Source: an uncultured delta proteobacterium (lineage in GTDB: Bacteria; Myxococcota_A; UBA9160; UBA4427). Taken from it: a stretch of 64,000 nucleotides of DNA. The stretch spans positions 64,001 through 128,000 of the forward strand of contig CAWGJT010000008.1 in NCBI GenBank assembly GCA_963822965.1. The letters run 5' to 3'. Positions 26,940 through 36,473 of the stretch are shown here, in pieces. Each line of letters begins with the position of its first letter. Position 1 is the stretch's first letter. Below the pieces are notes generated by a model, which saw only the letters and a program-made list of their open reading frames with translations, had not been told where the DNA came from and did not search any database. The position numbers were made by a program, and so were the translations under genes.

Positions 26940-29060
26940 TTGAGCGAGAGTGATCGCGTCGTGCGCACCTTCTGTCGGGTCTGTGAGCCTTCCTGCGGTC
27001 TGGTCGCGCACGTCGAGGGCGGCGAGATCACGAAGCTGCTGCCCGACCGCGAGCATCCCGTGACCCGGGGATTCGCGTGCCACAAGGGGCTCGCCGCCCT
27101 CGACATCCACCGGGACCCCGATCGCCTCGCCCGTCCCCAGCGGCGGACCGCCGCGGGCGGCTTCGAAGACGTCTCCTGGGACGACGCGATCACCGGCATC
27201 GCCCGGAAGCTCACGGGCATTCGCGAGGCGCACGGCCCGGACGCCATCGCGGGCTATCTCGGCAACCCGCTGGCCTTCAACGCCCTGGCGGCGCCGGCGA
27301 CGGGCTCCCTGCTGGCCCAGATCGGCACCCGCCGGGTCTTCTCCTCGGGCACCCAGGATTGTGCGAACAAGTTCGCAGGAGCCGAAGCCCTCTTCGGAAC
27401 CAGCACCTTACACCCCGTCCCGGACATCGAGCACACGCATCACCTGCTGGTCTTCGGCTCGAATCCGCGGGTCTCGCACATGAGCTTCCTGTCCATCGCC
27501 GACCCGGTGAAGGCCCTTCGTCGGGCCCGGGAACGGGGCGCCACGATCCGGTTCGTGAACCCCCGGCGCATCGAGCCCGAGGCCGCGGGCCTCGGCGAGA
27601 CGGTACTCATCCGGCCGGACACGGATGTCTATCTCCTGGCGGCGATGCTGTGCGAGATCGAGCGCCGGGGCGGCTTCCGCGAGGACGTGCTCGCCGCTCA
27701 CGGCCGCAACCTGGAGGGGCTGCGCGCGTTCGTTCGTCGCTACCCGCCGGAGCGGGTCGCCGCGGTGACCGGCATCTCCGCGGAGCGCATCCGTACGCTC
27801 GCGCGCGAGCTTGCGGAGGCGCCGAGCGCCGCGGTCTACATGTCGACGGGCGTCAACATGGGCCGCCAGGGAACCCTCGCCTACTGGCTGCTCTTCATGC
27901 TCAGCCTCGTGACCGGAAATCTCGATCGTCGCGGCGGCAACCTCTACGCCCGGGGCTTCTATCCGGCCGCGAAGGCGGGTCGGGTGAAGCCGCAGCTGGG
28001 CTTCGAGCAGACACCGCACGGTCCGGTGCGCCGCACCCGGGGTGCGCTGCCCGGCAACCTGCTCGCCGACATGATCCTGCAGGACGAGCATCCCGTGCGA
28101 GCGCTGGTGGTGGTGGCCGGCAACCCGCTGCTCTCCATCGGTGGCGAAGTGCACTTGCGCGAGGCTTTCTCGCAGCTCGAGCTGCTCGTCGTCGTCGATC
28201 TGTATCGCAACGCGACGGCCGAGCTCGCCCACTACGTGCTGCCGAGCGCCGACATGCTCGAGCGCCGCGACGTGAATCTCTGCGGTCTCGGCCTTCAGCA
28301 CGAGCCCTTCGTGCAGTACACCGACGCGGTGGTGCCGCCTCGCGACGAGCGGCGCGAGGAGTGGTGGATTCTCGCGCGTCTCGAGCAGGCCATGGGGTTC
28401 CGCTCGGTGCTGGACGCCGGCGAAGATCCGCCCCTCTTCTCGCGGCTCGACCACATGATGGCGAGCGTGGGCGTGTCCACCGCGAAGCTCGCGGAGAGCG
28501 AGAGCGGAGCCCTGGTGCTGCCTGCCCCGGAGCCCGGCCGCTTCTTCGAGGAGTGGATCCAGACCGAGGACCGCCGGGTGGATTGCTGCCCCGCGGTCTT
28601 CCGCGAGTCGGGGGCCCTCGAGCGCGCCGAGACGCTCTTCGAGGAGCTGGCCGCAGAAGGACCCGACCAGCTCAAGCTCATCACCCGCCGCGACTCACGA
28701 ATGCACAACAGCTGGTACCAGAACCTGCCGCGCCTTCGCCGGGGCGCGCACGGCCGGAACCCGCTGCATGTCCATCCGGAGGACGCCCGGAGCCGGGGAT
28801 TGAAGGAAGGCGATCTGGTTCGCATTTCGGGTCCGGGCGGCCGGATCGAGGCGCCGGTGACCCTGGACGACGAGCTCATGCCGGGGGTCGTCGCCATGGC
28901 CCACGGCTGGGGCAACGCCGGCAGCACGGGGCTCAGCGTGGCGGGCCGGCATCCGGGCGTGAATCCGAACCGGCTGCTGCCCAGCGGGCCGGGAAGCTTC
29001 GAGCCTCTCAGCAACCAGGCGTTCATGACCGGGATTCCGGTGGAGGTCGCCCGCGCCTGA
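26940..29060 (+). CDS. Molybdopterin-dependent oxidoreductase, catalytic subunit
   Basis: N-terminal CRVCEPSCG...ACHKG 4Fe-4S motif, GSNPRVSH, VVAGNP, HNSW and a C-terminal molybdopterin-dinucleotide-binding domain. TTG start with GGAGGAG RBS (alternative GTG 26901). Confidence 0.9.
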   Translation: MSESDRVVRTFCRVCEPSCGLVAHVEGGEITKLLPDREHPVTRGFACHKGLAALDIHRDPDRLARPQRRTAAGGFEDVSWDDAITGIARKLTGIREAHGPDAIAGYLGNPLAFNALAAPATGSLLAQIGTRRVFSSGTQDCANKFAGAEALFGTSTLHPVPDIEHTHHLLVFGSNPRVSHMSFLSIADPVKALRRARERGATIRFVNPRRIEPEAAGLGETVLIRPDTDVYLLAAMLCEIERRGGFREDVLAAHGRNLEGLRAFVRRYPPERVAAVTGISAERIRTLARELAEAPSAAVYMSTGVNMGRQGTLAYWLLFMLSLVTGNLDRRGGNLYARGFYPAAKAGRVKPQLGFEQTPHGPVRRTRGALPGNLLADMILQDEHPVRALVVVAGNPLLSIGGEVHLREAFSQLELLVVVDLYRNATAELAHYVLPSADMLERRDVNLCGLGLQHEPFVQYTDAVVPPRDERREEWWILARLEQAMGFRSVLDAGEDPPLFSRLDHMMASVGVSTAKLAESESGALVLPAPEPGRFFEEWIQTEDRRVDCCPAVFRESGALERAETLFEELAAEGPDQLKLITRRDSRMHNSWYQNLPRLRRGAHGRNPLHVHPEDARSRGLKEGDLVRISGPGGRIEAPVTLDDELMPGVVAMAHGWGNAGSTGLSVAGRHPGVNPNRLLPSGPGSFEPLSNQAFMTGIPVEVARA

Positions 29061-29077
29061 GCCGCGGCGGCTCCGCG

Positions 29078-29890
29078 TCAGCGGCGCTTGCGCTCCAGGA
29101 AGTCATGGATGAGCCACTGGGAGATGCTCATCCGCCCCGGGAAGAAGGTCGGCATGGCGTCGGCCCGGAACCAGCGGGCGTCCTCGATCTCGTCGTCCTC
29201 GAGTCGGATCTCACCCGACTCGTAGCGCGCGGTGAAGCCGAGCATCAGCGAGTTGGGGAAGGGCCAGGGCTGGCTGCCGAAGTAGCGGATGTCGCAGACC
29301 GAGATGCCCGTCTCCTCCATCACCTCGCGCTCGACCGCTTCCTCGGCACTCTCTCCCGGCTCCACGAATCCGGCCAGCGTGCTGTAGATGCCCGGTGGAA
29401 AGTGGGGTGAGCGCGCCAGCAGGATCTCGTCGCCGCGCTCGACGGCCACGATCATGGCCGGCGACAGCCGCGGGAACTGCGGAACCCGGCAGTCCGGGCA
29501 GATGCGGCAGCGCTCCTTGGGCGAGACCTCGGTGGGCTTGCCGCAGGCGCCGCAGAACTGGTGGCTACGGTCCCAGTCGACGATCTGCACCGCGCGCCCC
29601 GCGACCGCGTGCAGGACCTCGTCCAGGTTCCCGTAGAGCGCCCGCAGGTCGCGGAAGGTCATGCCCGGCGGCGGCGTCGCGTCGGCGGGAAGCTCGACCG
29701 AGTGGCAGTGGGCCTCGCCGAGGGTGCCCAGGTACTGGGAGCGGACGGACTCGAGCCCGGCCCGCTCCAGGTCCTCGAGGCTCGGCAGCTCGTGTCCCGT
29801 GGTGATCAGCAGCTCGCGGTGGCGGAAGACGAAGCACAGGACCGGCCCCTCCGCCTCCGACGGAGCCTTGACGGCAGGCTTGAAGGTCAT
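29078..29890 (-). CDS. nudC: NAD(H) diphosphatase NudC
   Basis: FCGACG...CPDC zinc site, Nudix box AGFVEPGESAEEAVEREVMEETG, signature SQPWPFPNSLM. Confidence 0.95.
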   Translation of the reverse strand: MTFKPAVKAPSEAEGPVLCFVFRHRELLITTGHELPSLEDLERAGLESVRSQYLGTLGEAHCHSVELPADATPPPGMTFRDLRALYGNLDEVLHAVAGRAVQIVDWDRSHQFCGACGKPTEVSPKERCRICPDCRVPQFPRLSPAMIVAVERGDEILLARSPHFPPGIYSTLAGFVEPGESAEEAVEREVMEETGISVCDIRYFGSQPWPFPNSLMLGFTARYESGEIRLEDDEIEDARWFRADAMPTFFPGRMSISQWLIHDFLERKRR

Positions 29891-29950
29891 TCCGAGACCT
29901 TAGCAACGCCCCGCAAGAGCAGCGCCCCGCAACCCAGCCCCGAAACGAAC

Positions 29951-30147
29951 GAGGGGAGTACCACGCCCGCGAGCCGCCTCGCCCTCCATTGGGCGGCAAC
30001 CAGGCCCCGCACCCAAGGAGGGGAGTACGACGCCAGCGAGTCGTCTCGCCCTCCATTGGGCGGCAACCAGGCCCCGCACCCAAGGAGGGGAGTACGACGC
30101 CAGCGAGTCGTCTGGCTCTCCATTGGGCCGCAACCAGGCCCCATCCC
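29951..30147. repeat. 67-bp tandem repeat x3, each unit containing a hairpin (REP-like)
   Basis: Units begin at 29951, 30018 and 30085; consensus gaggggagtacgacgccagcgagtcgtctcgccctccattgggcggcaaccaggccccgcacccaag. Confidence 0.92.
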
Positions 30148-30184
30148 AAAAAAAGAAACGGCCACCTCGTGAGAGGTGGCCGTT
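30148..30184 (-). terminator. Rho-independent terminator of the PEP-CTERM gene
   Basis: AACGGCCACCTC-GTGA-GAGGTGGCCGTT 12-bp stem followed on the minus strand by a T-rich run. Confidence 0.9.
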
Positions 30185-30209
30185 CTTCTGTCAGTTGCCG
30201 ATCGGACGC

Positions 30210-31166
30210 TTACTTGCGCATCCGGCGGCGGCCGATCACGGCGAGGCCGACGGCCCCCGAGACCAGCAGGAGCACGGTGCCCGGCTCGGGCACGAACTCG
30301 AAGTGGATCGTCGCCGAACCCGGGATGCGTCCCGCGATGGCCGCGGTGTCGATCCGCATCGGCGCCACCACCGTCACGCTGCCTGCCTTGCTACCCGAGA
30401 GCAGGTTCTGCGTACCGGAGACGGTCACCGTGTGGTTCTCGACCGCGTTGCCGCCGTTGACGGACACGAATCCACCGTTGGTCGACGGCGTCATCACGGT
30501 CTCGTTCGGAGTCGGCTGCAGGGTGAAGGCGACGCCCTGCACGTTGCCGCGCGCCGGGATCGTGATGAAGTTCGACGTCACCGCCGTGATCACCACCGGC
30601 GCCGTGATGAACGGGCCGTTGGTCACGGTGATGTTGTTGCCCAGCAGCGAGACCATCGTGGTCTCACCCATGGCGCCGCCGACGTGGCTCAGCGGAACCG
30701 GAAGCACGATGGCGCCGCCCAGGGCATTGATCACCGCCACGCCGTTGAGGCGCAGGTTGCCACCGAAGGCCGGACCCACCGAGCCGCCGCCACCGATCTG
30801 GTTGGAGGCGATCACGACGCCGTCCTGGAGGACACCGCCGTTGTTGTGGACCGTCACCTTCAGGTTCGAGATCAGCGGAACGCCGGTGAACAGCGCCGTG
30901 CCCGGACCGAAGTTGACCGTCGACCACACCGTCGCACCCGCGAGGATGTTGTGACCCACGGTCGGGTTGCCCTGGCTACCCGACGCCAGGGAGACCAGGC
31001 TCTCCGTTCCCGGAAGAGCGCTGACCGTGACGGAGGGCAGACCGCTGATGATCAGGCCGAGCGTCGAGTTCGGCTGATCCATCTGGCCCGCCTGCGCGAT
31101 GCTCGAGAAGCCTAAGAGCAGCCCGGCAGCGGCGAGAGTTACAGTGAGCTTTCGCAGGGTTCGCAT
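30210..31166 (-). CDS. PEP-CTERM (exosortase-target) secreted protein
   Basis: Signal peptide ending AQA; G/V/T/S/N-rich body; C-terminal VPEPGTVLLLVSGAVGLAVIGRRRMRK. Confidence 0.93.
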   Translation of the reverse strand: MRTLRKLTVTLAAAGLLLGFSSIAQAGQMDQPNSTLGLIISGLPSVTVSALPGTESLVSLASGSQGNPTVGHNILAGATVWSTVNFGPGTALFTGVPLISNLKVTVHNNGGVLQDGVVIASNQIGGGGSVGPAFGGNLRLNGVAVINALGGAIVLPVPLSHVGGAMGETTMVSLLGNNITVTNGPFITAPVVITAVTSNFITIPARGNVQGVAFTLQPTPNETVMTPSTNGGFVSVNGGNAVENHTVTVSGTQNLLSGSKAGSVTVVAPMRIDTAAIAGRIPGSATIHFEFVPEPGTVLLLVSGAVGLAVIGRRRMRK

Positions 31167-31283
31167 GGTTGCTTCAACCACCTTTGCTTGTGTGCTTGTG
31201 CGTTTGCGTTGGTCTCTTGCCTACGCCAGGGCCTGGGACTTTCCCGCAGATCCACCCCTCGCGTGGCGACCGTGCGTAGACAG

Positions 31284-31299
31284 TGCAATGCGAGTGCCA
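31284..31299 (-). promoter_or_regulatory. Sigma-54 (RpoN) -24/-12 promoter for the PEP-CTERM gene
   Basis: Minus strand TGGCACTCGCATTGCA matches TGGCAC-N5-TTGC. Confidence 0.85.
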
Positions 31300-31336
31300 T
31301 TCCCGCCAATCCCGGTCGATTCGTAAGCCGCCAGAA

Positions 31337-31351
31337 ACAAAACGGTTTTGT
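31337..31351. promoter_or_regulatory. Palindrome upstream of the sigma-54 promoter
   Basis: ACAAAAC-G-GTTTTGT perfect inverted repeat. Confidence 0.5.
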
Positions 31352-31593
31352 GCCAGCCTCCGGGCGCTTCCCAGCACCGGGCCAAGCGCTTGGGAAGGAG
31401 TTTTCCTTTTTTCGCGAATCCGGTGCCGTTCGCGGCGAAGTCGACCGCGAGATCCTCGACTCCACGGCTTCGCCGCGATCATCCCGCTCCTCCATGGCGC
31501 CATCGGCAGACGACGAGGGGAAATCAAGGCACTCCCTCTTCTTCCCGAGGGGAACATCCGGACCGTCCGCGCCGGGGCTACCGTGGCGAGCGA

Positions 31594-32958
31594 ATGGCCC
31601 AGTCGGACTCGCGCTGGCAGGCGATCCGGAGCCTGTCCCCTCTCACCCGCAGCCTGCTGGTCTTCGTTCCGCTCGCCTGCATCGCGCTGAACCTCCTGCT
31701 CCCGCGGCTGCCCTGGCAGCCCCAGCAGATCACCACCCTCGACTACACGGCGACCTGGCTCCACGGAATCGCGCACGAGGACTCGTGGAAGCCCATGCGG
31801 CTGGCCCGGGACTGGCTGCACGCGGACCGGGAGGGGCTCCTCTACCAGGCCATCTTCTTCGAAGACGGCGTGAAGCTGCAGTATCCGCCGACGAGCCTGC
31901 TCGCCCTGGACGCCCTGGGGCTGGTGCCCGGCGGCGACTGGACGTCGAACGACGTCCTGAACGGGCTCTCGTGGGTCGCGGTCCTGCTCGCCGTGGTGCT
32001 GTCCGCCTGGGTGCTGGACCGGGCCCGGCGCGGCCCGCCCGGATCGCGTCGCGACCCGGTGCCGCCGGGGGAGCGGAGCCTGCAGCTCGCGCTGGCCGGG
32101 GTGGCGGGGCTCACCTTCTACCCGCTCGTCTTCGGCTTCTATCTGGGGCAGGTGCAGACGTGGATCGACGCGCTGGTGGCCGGCCTGGTGCTCGCCTGGC
32201 TGGCCGGCCGCACCGCCACCGCCGGCGCTCTCTCGGGGCTCGTGTGCCTCTTCAAGCCGCCGCTCGGGCTGCTGGTGGTCTGGGCGGGGCTCCGCGGCCA
32301 GCGACGCTTTGCGGTGGGATGGCTCGTGGTGGTCGGCGTGGCCGGAGGTCTCTCGCTCCTTCTCTACGGCTTCGCGAACCATCTCGACTATCTCGAGGTG
32401 CTCTCCTTTCTGGGCCGCCACGGGGAGAGCTTCAACCACAACCAGTCCGTCAACGGACTCGTCCATCGCCTGCTCGGCAACGGCAACAACCTGGAATGGG
32501 AGAACGCCTTCCCACCCTTCGACGCGCGTGTCTACGGAGCCACCCTCGCGAGCTCGCTCGCCCTGCTGGGGGCCGCCCTCTTCCTGCGTCGTCGCGACGC
32601 GAAGGCGGCTCCGGAGCTCGACCTCGCGCTCGTGGTCGCGAGCGTGACCCTCGCGTCGCCCATCGCCTGGACCCACCACTACGGGGTCTTCCTGCCCCTC
32701 TTCGCGCTCGCGCTCCCCCATGCGCTGGCGGCCAGCCCCGGCCGCGCGCTCTCGCTCTCGCTGCTGGCGGCTTCCTACCTGCTCGTCGCCAACAACTACC
32801 GGGCCCTCAACCGGCTGGCGGACACGCCCTGGAACTTCGTGCAGTCGTACGTCTTCTTCGGCGGCCTGCTCTTCGTCTTCGTGCTGTACCGCCTGCGCGC
32901 GCAGGCGGCGCAGGCGGCGCAGGCGGCGCGGGCGGCGCAGGCGGCGCGGGCCTCGTGA
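31594..32958 (+). CDS. GT-C membrane glycosyltransferase (GT87/DUF2029-like)
   Basis: DSWKPM, KLQYPPTSLL, GQVQ, FKP, NQSVNG, SPIAWTHHY; many TM helices. Confidence 0.85.
   Translation: MAQSDSRWQAIRSLSPLTRSLLVFVPLACIALNLLLPRLPWQPQQITTLDYTATWLHGIAHEDSWKPMRLARDWLHADREGLLYQAIFFEDGVKLQYPPTSLLALDALGLVPGGDWTSNDVLNGLSWVAVLLAVVLSAWVLDRARRGPPGSRRDPVPPGERSLQLALAGVAGLTFYPLVFGFYLGQVQTWIDALVAGLVLAWLAGRTATAGALSGLVCLFKPPLGLLVVWAGLRGQRRFAVGWLVVVGVAGGLSLLLYGFANHLDYLEVLSFLGRHGESFNHNQSVNGLVHRLLGNGNNLEWENAFPPFDARVYGATLASSLALLGAALFLRRRDAKAAPELDLALVVASVTLASPIAWTHHYGVFLPLFALALPHALAASPGRALSLSLLAASYLLVANNYRALNRLADTPWNFVQSYVFFGGLLFVFVLYRLRAQAAQAAQAARAAQAARAS
32899..32952 (+). repeat. 9-bp tandem repeat x6 (AQA/ARA) at the GT87 C-terminus
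   Basis: gcgcaggcg / gcgcgggcg units. Confidence 0.85.
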
Positions 32959-33971
32959 CGGCGAGCTCCGGCTGCGCGCTCTGCGGTGGGGACCGCTTCG
33001 AGGACGCGGTGGTGGGCTACGACCGACTCGTGCCCCGGCGCGAGGACTTCGTCTACCGGCGCTGCCGGGACTGCTCGCTCGTCGCACTGCAGCCGCTTCC
33101 CCGGGACGCCGAGATCGCCGGTCTCTATCCCGACGAGTACGCACCCCACGCCGCGCACGAACGCGCTTCGGTGAGGCCGCCGGGCTTCTTCCAGCGCTTT
33201 GCGGCCCGACATCGCTACGCGGCCGACGCGCCGCAGTCGGCGAGCGCCACCGGCCGCCTGGCGCGGGCCGTCGCGCGACCGATGCTGCGGGACGTCCTCG
33301 ACCCGCGCGGAAGCAACCGCCTGCTGGACGTCGGGTGCGGTTCGGGCGAGCTGCTGGCGCGGTATCGCGCGCTGGGCTGGACGGTGCAGGGCGTGGAGCC
33401 GAGCGCTCGAGCCGTCGCCGCCTGCCGCGCCCGGCAGCTACCCGTCGAGGAGGGGGACCTGCTGGACGTGTCGCTCCCCGAGCAGCACTTCGACGTGATC
33501 CTGATGCATCACGTGATCGAGCACGTGCCGAGACCCGTCGACGTGCTTTGCCGGGCGCGAGAGCTGCTGGCACCCGGCGGGATCGTCCTGGTCGTCACGC
33601 CGAACGTCGCCGGCATGGGATTCCGGCTGTACGGCTCGTGCTGGTACGCGCTCGACGCGCCCCGACACCTGCACCTGTTCGACGCGGGCACGCTTCGCCG
33701 GCTGGCGGGACGCGCCGGTCTGGTCGTGGCGCGGCTCTCGAGCCGGCCTTCCGCGCGGGTCCTGGCCGCGAGCCGCCACTACGCGCGCACCCAGGGCCCG
33801 CTGCTGCCGCCCGGCCATGCGCCGCGGGCGGCGGTCCTCGCGCGCTCGCGCCAGGAGGCGCCCTCGCGGAGCTTCCGTCGCGCCGTCCGTCCGGCCGCCC
33901 GGGCATTCGCCTGGCTGGGTCTCGGGGAGACGCTCCACGCGCAGCTCATGGCGCCCCGAGAGGGACGATGA
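32955..33971 (+). CDS. Class I SAM-dependent methyltransferase with an N-terminal Cys-pair motif
   Basis: CALC...CRDC, LLDVGCGSG, FDVILMHHVIEHV, PRHLHLF. Confidence 0.9.
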   Translation: MTASSGCALCGGDRFEDAVVGYDRLVPRREDFVYRRCRDCSLVALQPLPRDAEIAGLYPDEYAPHAAHERASVRPPGFFQRFAARHRYAADAPQSASATGRLARAVARPMLRDVLDPRGSNRLLDVGCGSGELLARYRALGWTVQGVEPSARAVAACRARQLPVEEGDLLDVSLPEQHFDVILMHHVIEHVPRPVDVLCRARELLAPGGIVLVVTPNVAGMGFRLYGSCWYALDAPRHLHLFDAGTLRRLAGRAGLVVARLSSRPSARVLAASRHYARTQGPLLPPGHAPRAAVLARSRQEAPSRSFRRAVRPAARAFAWLGLGETLHAQLMAPREGR

Positions 33972-34026
33972 GCCGGGGCCCGGCGGGGGCTCGGCCGAGC
34001 TCGGCCGTCCGTCCCGGAGGCACGCC

Positions 34027-35055
34027 GTGAGGGTGCTCTTCGTGCATCGGGAGCCGTCCCTCGCATCGGCGCGCGTGCGGGTCCTCGGCCTCGTCCCGCA
34101 CTTGCGCGACCGGGGCGTCGACTGCCGGCTCGCCGAGCATCCCCGCGACCCCCTGACCCTGGCGACCCTGCTCTCGCGGTCGGGGAGCCGGGCCGACGTG
34201 GTGGTCCTGCAGAAGAAGCTGCCGTCCGCGGCCGCGGGCCTGGCGTGGCGCCGTTGCGCGTCGCCGCTGGTGCTCGACTACGACGATGCGATCTGGCTGC
34301 GCCAGCAGCCGCGCGCGGGAAGCCATGAATCGCGGACCCGCAGCAGGCGCTTCGCCCGCGCCTGCCGCCTGGCGGACGCGTTCACGTGCGGCAACGAGTA
34401 CCTCGCCGCCCATTGCGGCGCCGGAAGGCCCCGGCTCGTGGCTCCTTCGCCGGTTCCGCTCGAGGTGCCCCGAGCGGTGGCCGGCGCGCGCGCGAGACCG
34501 TTGCGCGTGGGCTGGATCGGCAGTTCTGGCAACCTGCCGGAGCTGACCGCGTTGGCCCCGGCGCTGCGCGAGCTGGCGGAACGGCGGCGCTTCGTGCTGG
34601 TGGTGATCAGCGAGGCGTCTGTGGATCTCCCTGGCGTCCCCGTGGAGCACGTGCCCTGGATGCTGGCGCACCAGGAGAGCGTCCTCGCCGACCTCGACGT
34701 CGGCCTGATGCCGCTGGCCGATTCGCCCTGGTCCAGGGGCAAGTGCGCCTACAAGCTTCTCCAGTACATGGCGGCGGGGCTGCCGGTGGTGGCGTCGCCG
34801 GTGGGGATGAACGCCCGGGTCGTGCAGGAGGCCGAGAACGGGTTCCTGGCGACCTCCTCGCGCGAGTGGCTGCTCGCCCTGGAGGCCCTGTACGACGACC
34901 CGGCGCTGCGGGCACGGCTCGGCGACGCCGGTCGCCGGCGGGTGGAGGCCGAGTTCGGCTACGCGACCCAGGCGGCGCGCTGGCACGCCTTCCTCGAGCA
35001 GGTGGCGGCGGCGCCGACCGGGCGCCGCTTTACAGGCGCGGCTCCAGGCGGTTAG
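34027..35055 (+). CDS. Glycosyltransferase family 4 protein
   Basis: LDYDDAIW, VGWIGS, DVGLMPL, GKCAYKLLQYMAAGLPVVASPVGMN. Confidence 0.9.
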   Translation: MRVLFVHREPSLASARVRVLGLVPHLRDRGVDCRLAEHPRDPLTLATLLSRSGSRADVVVLQKKLPSAAAGLAWRRCASPLVLDYDDAIWLRQQPRAGSHESRTRSRRFARACRLADAFTCGNEYLAAHCGAGRPRLVAPSPVPLEVPRAVAGARARPLRVGWIGSSGNLPELTALAPALRELAERRRFVLVVISEASVDLPGVPVEHVPWMLAHQESVLADLDVGLMPLADSPWSRGKCAYKLLQYMAAGLPVVASPVGMNARVVQEAENGFLATSSREWLLALEALYDDPALRARLGDAGRRRVEAEFGYATQAARWHAFLEQVAAAPTGRRFTGAAPGG

Positions 35056-35083
35056 AATCGCGTTATCTGACGCCCCGTCAGAT
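35029..35083 (+). promoter_or_regulatory. Sigma-70-type promoter plus palindromic operator upstream of the amidohydrolase
   Basis: TTTACA (35029) - 18 nt - TAGAAT (35053); ATCTGACG-CCC-CGTCAGAT at 35065-35083. Confidence 0.65.
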
Positions 35084-35162
35084 CTTGGGATCCGGTGCTC
35101 CGCCGGCGCCTTCCCGCCCGCCGGGCGGGCGGCAGGTCGGAGTCACCGCCGGGAGAACCCTG

Positions 35163-36473
35163 ATGGAAGCCAACGACATGATCCTCGTCAGCGTGGACGA
35201 CCACGTCGTCGAGCCCCCGACCATGTTCGACCAGCACCTGCCCGAGGCGTGGAAGGCGCGCGCGCCCCGGGTGGTCCGCAAGCGGGACGGCAGCGACGTC
35301 TGGGTCTTCGAAGGGGGCCAGCTTCCCAACATCGGGCTCAACGCGGTGGTCGGGCGGCGACCCGAGGAGTACGGGGTGGAGCCCACCTCCTACGACCAGA
35401 TGCGCCCGGGCTGCTTCGACATCCACGAACGCGTCCGCGACATGAACGCCAACGGGGTGCTCGCCTCCATGTGCTTTCCCTCTTTCTCCGGCTTCTGCGG
35501 ACAGCTGTGGGCACGCCAGTCCGACAAGGAGCTCGCGCGCGTCATGAGCCAGGCCTACAACGACTGGCACGTGGACGAGTGGTGCGGCACCTACCCCGGT
35601 CGCTTCATTCCGCTCGGGATTCCCCAGATCTGGGACCCGCAGCTGATGGCCGAGGAGGTGCGCCGCCTGGCCCGCAAGGGGTGCCACGCGGTGACCTTCA
35701 CCGACAACCCCACGAAGATCGGCCTGCCGAGCCTGCACGACGAGCACTGGAACCCCTTCTGGGAGGCGTGCTGCGACGAAGGCACGGTGATCTGCATCCA
35801 CATCGGCTCGTCGTCGGGCATGGTCTTCACGTCGATGGACTCGCCGGTGGACGTCATGATCCACACCACGCCCATCAGCATCGTGAGCTGTGCGTCCGAC
35901 CTTCTGTGGTCGCCGGTGCTCCGCCGGTACCCGGACATCAAGTTCGCGCTCTCCGAGGGCGGCACGGGCTGGGTGCCGTACTTCCTGGAGCGCGCCGACT
36001 ACGTCTACGAGCATCACAAGGCCTGGACCTTCCAGGACTTCGGCGACCTGAAGCCCAGCGACGTCTTCCGCCGCAACATCGTGACCTGCTTCATCGACGA
36101 CCCGACCGGCGTGAAGAACCGCCACGACGTGGGCATCGAGACGATGACCTGGGAATGCGACTACCCGCACTCGGACACCACCTGGCCGCGAGCTCCCGAG
36201 CGCCTGTGGGAGAGTCTCGACGGCGTGCCCGACGACGAGATCGATCTCATCACCCACGCGAACGCCATGCGCATCTTCCGACTCGACTCCTTCTCCCATC
36301 GCCCGAAGGAGAAGTGCACCGCGCGCGCGCTGCGAGCGGAATCGCCGGACGTCGATCTCAGCATCAAGAGCGCCGGCGGCAAGCCGCCGCGGGAGGGCAC
36401 GGGTCACGTGACCTCCGAGGACATCACGAAGCAGCTCGCCCAGGCCTTCGCGGAGCCGCTGCCCGAGGCCTGA
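35163..36473 (+). CDS. Amidohydrolase-family (amidohydro_2) protein
   Basis: VSVDDHVVEPP, AYNDW, CIHIGS, LSEGGTGW, WECDYPHSD. Confidence 0.92.
   Translation: MEANDMILVSVDDHVVEPPTMFDQHLPEAWKARAPRVVRKRDGSDVWVFEGGQLPNIGLNAVVGRRPEEYGVEPTSYDQMRPGCFDIHERVRDMNANGVLASMCFPSFSGFCGQLWARQSDKELARVMSQAYNDWHVDEWCGTYPGRFIPLGIPQIWDPQLMAEEVRRLARKGCHAVTFTDNPTKIGLPSLHDEHWNPFWEACCDEGTVICIHIGSSSGMVFTSMDSPVDVMIHTTPISIVSCASDLLWSPVLRRYPDIKFALSEGGTGWVPYFLERADYVYEHHKAWTFQDFGDLKPSDVFRRNIVTCFIDDPTGVKNRHDVGIETMTWECDYPHSDTTWPRAPERLWESLDGVPDDEIDLITHANAMRIFRLDSFSHRPKEKCTARALRAESPDVDLSIKSAGGKPPREGTGHVTSEDITKQLAQAFAEPLPEA

Noticed and set aside
29951..30147. Possible CRISPR array (67-bp period)
   Set aside because: The whole unit is repeated with no unique spacers, and no cas genes are in the window.
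31340..31356. Second sigma-54 promoter (TGGCAC on the minus strand)
   Set aside because: No TTGC at the -12 position.
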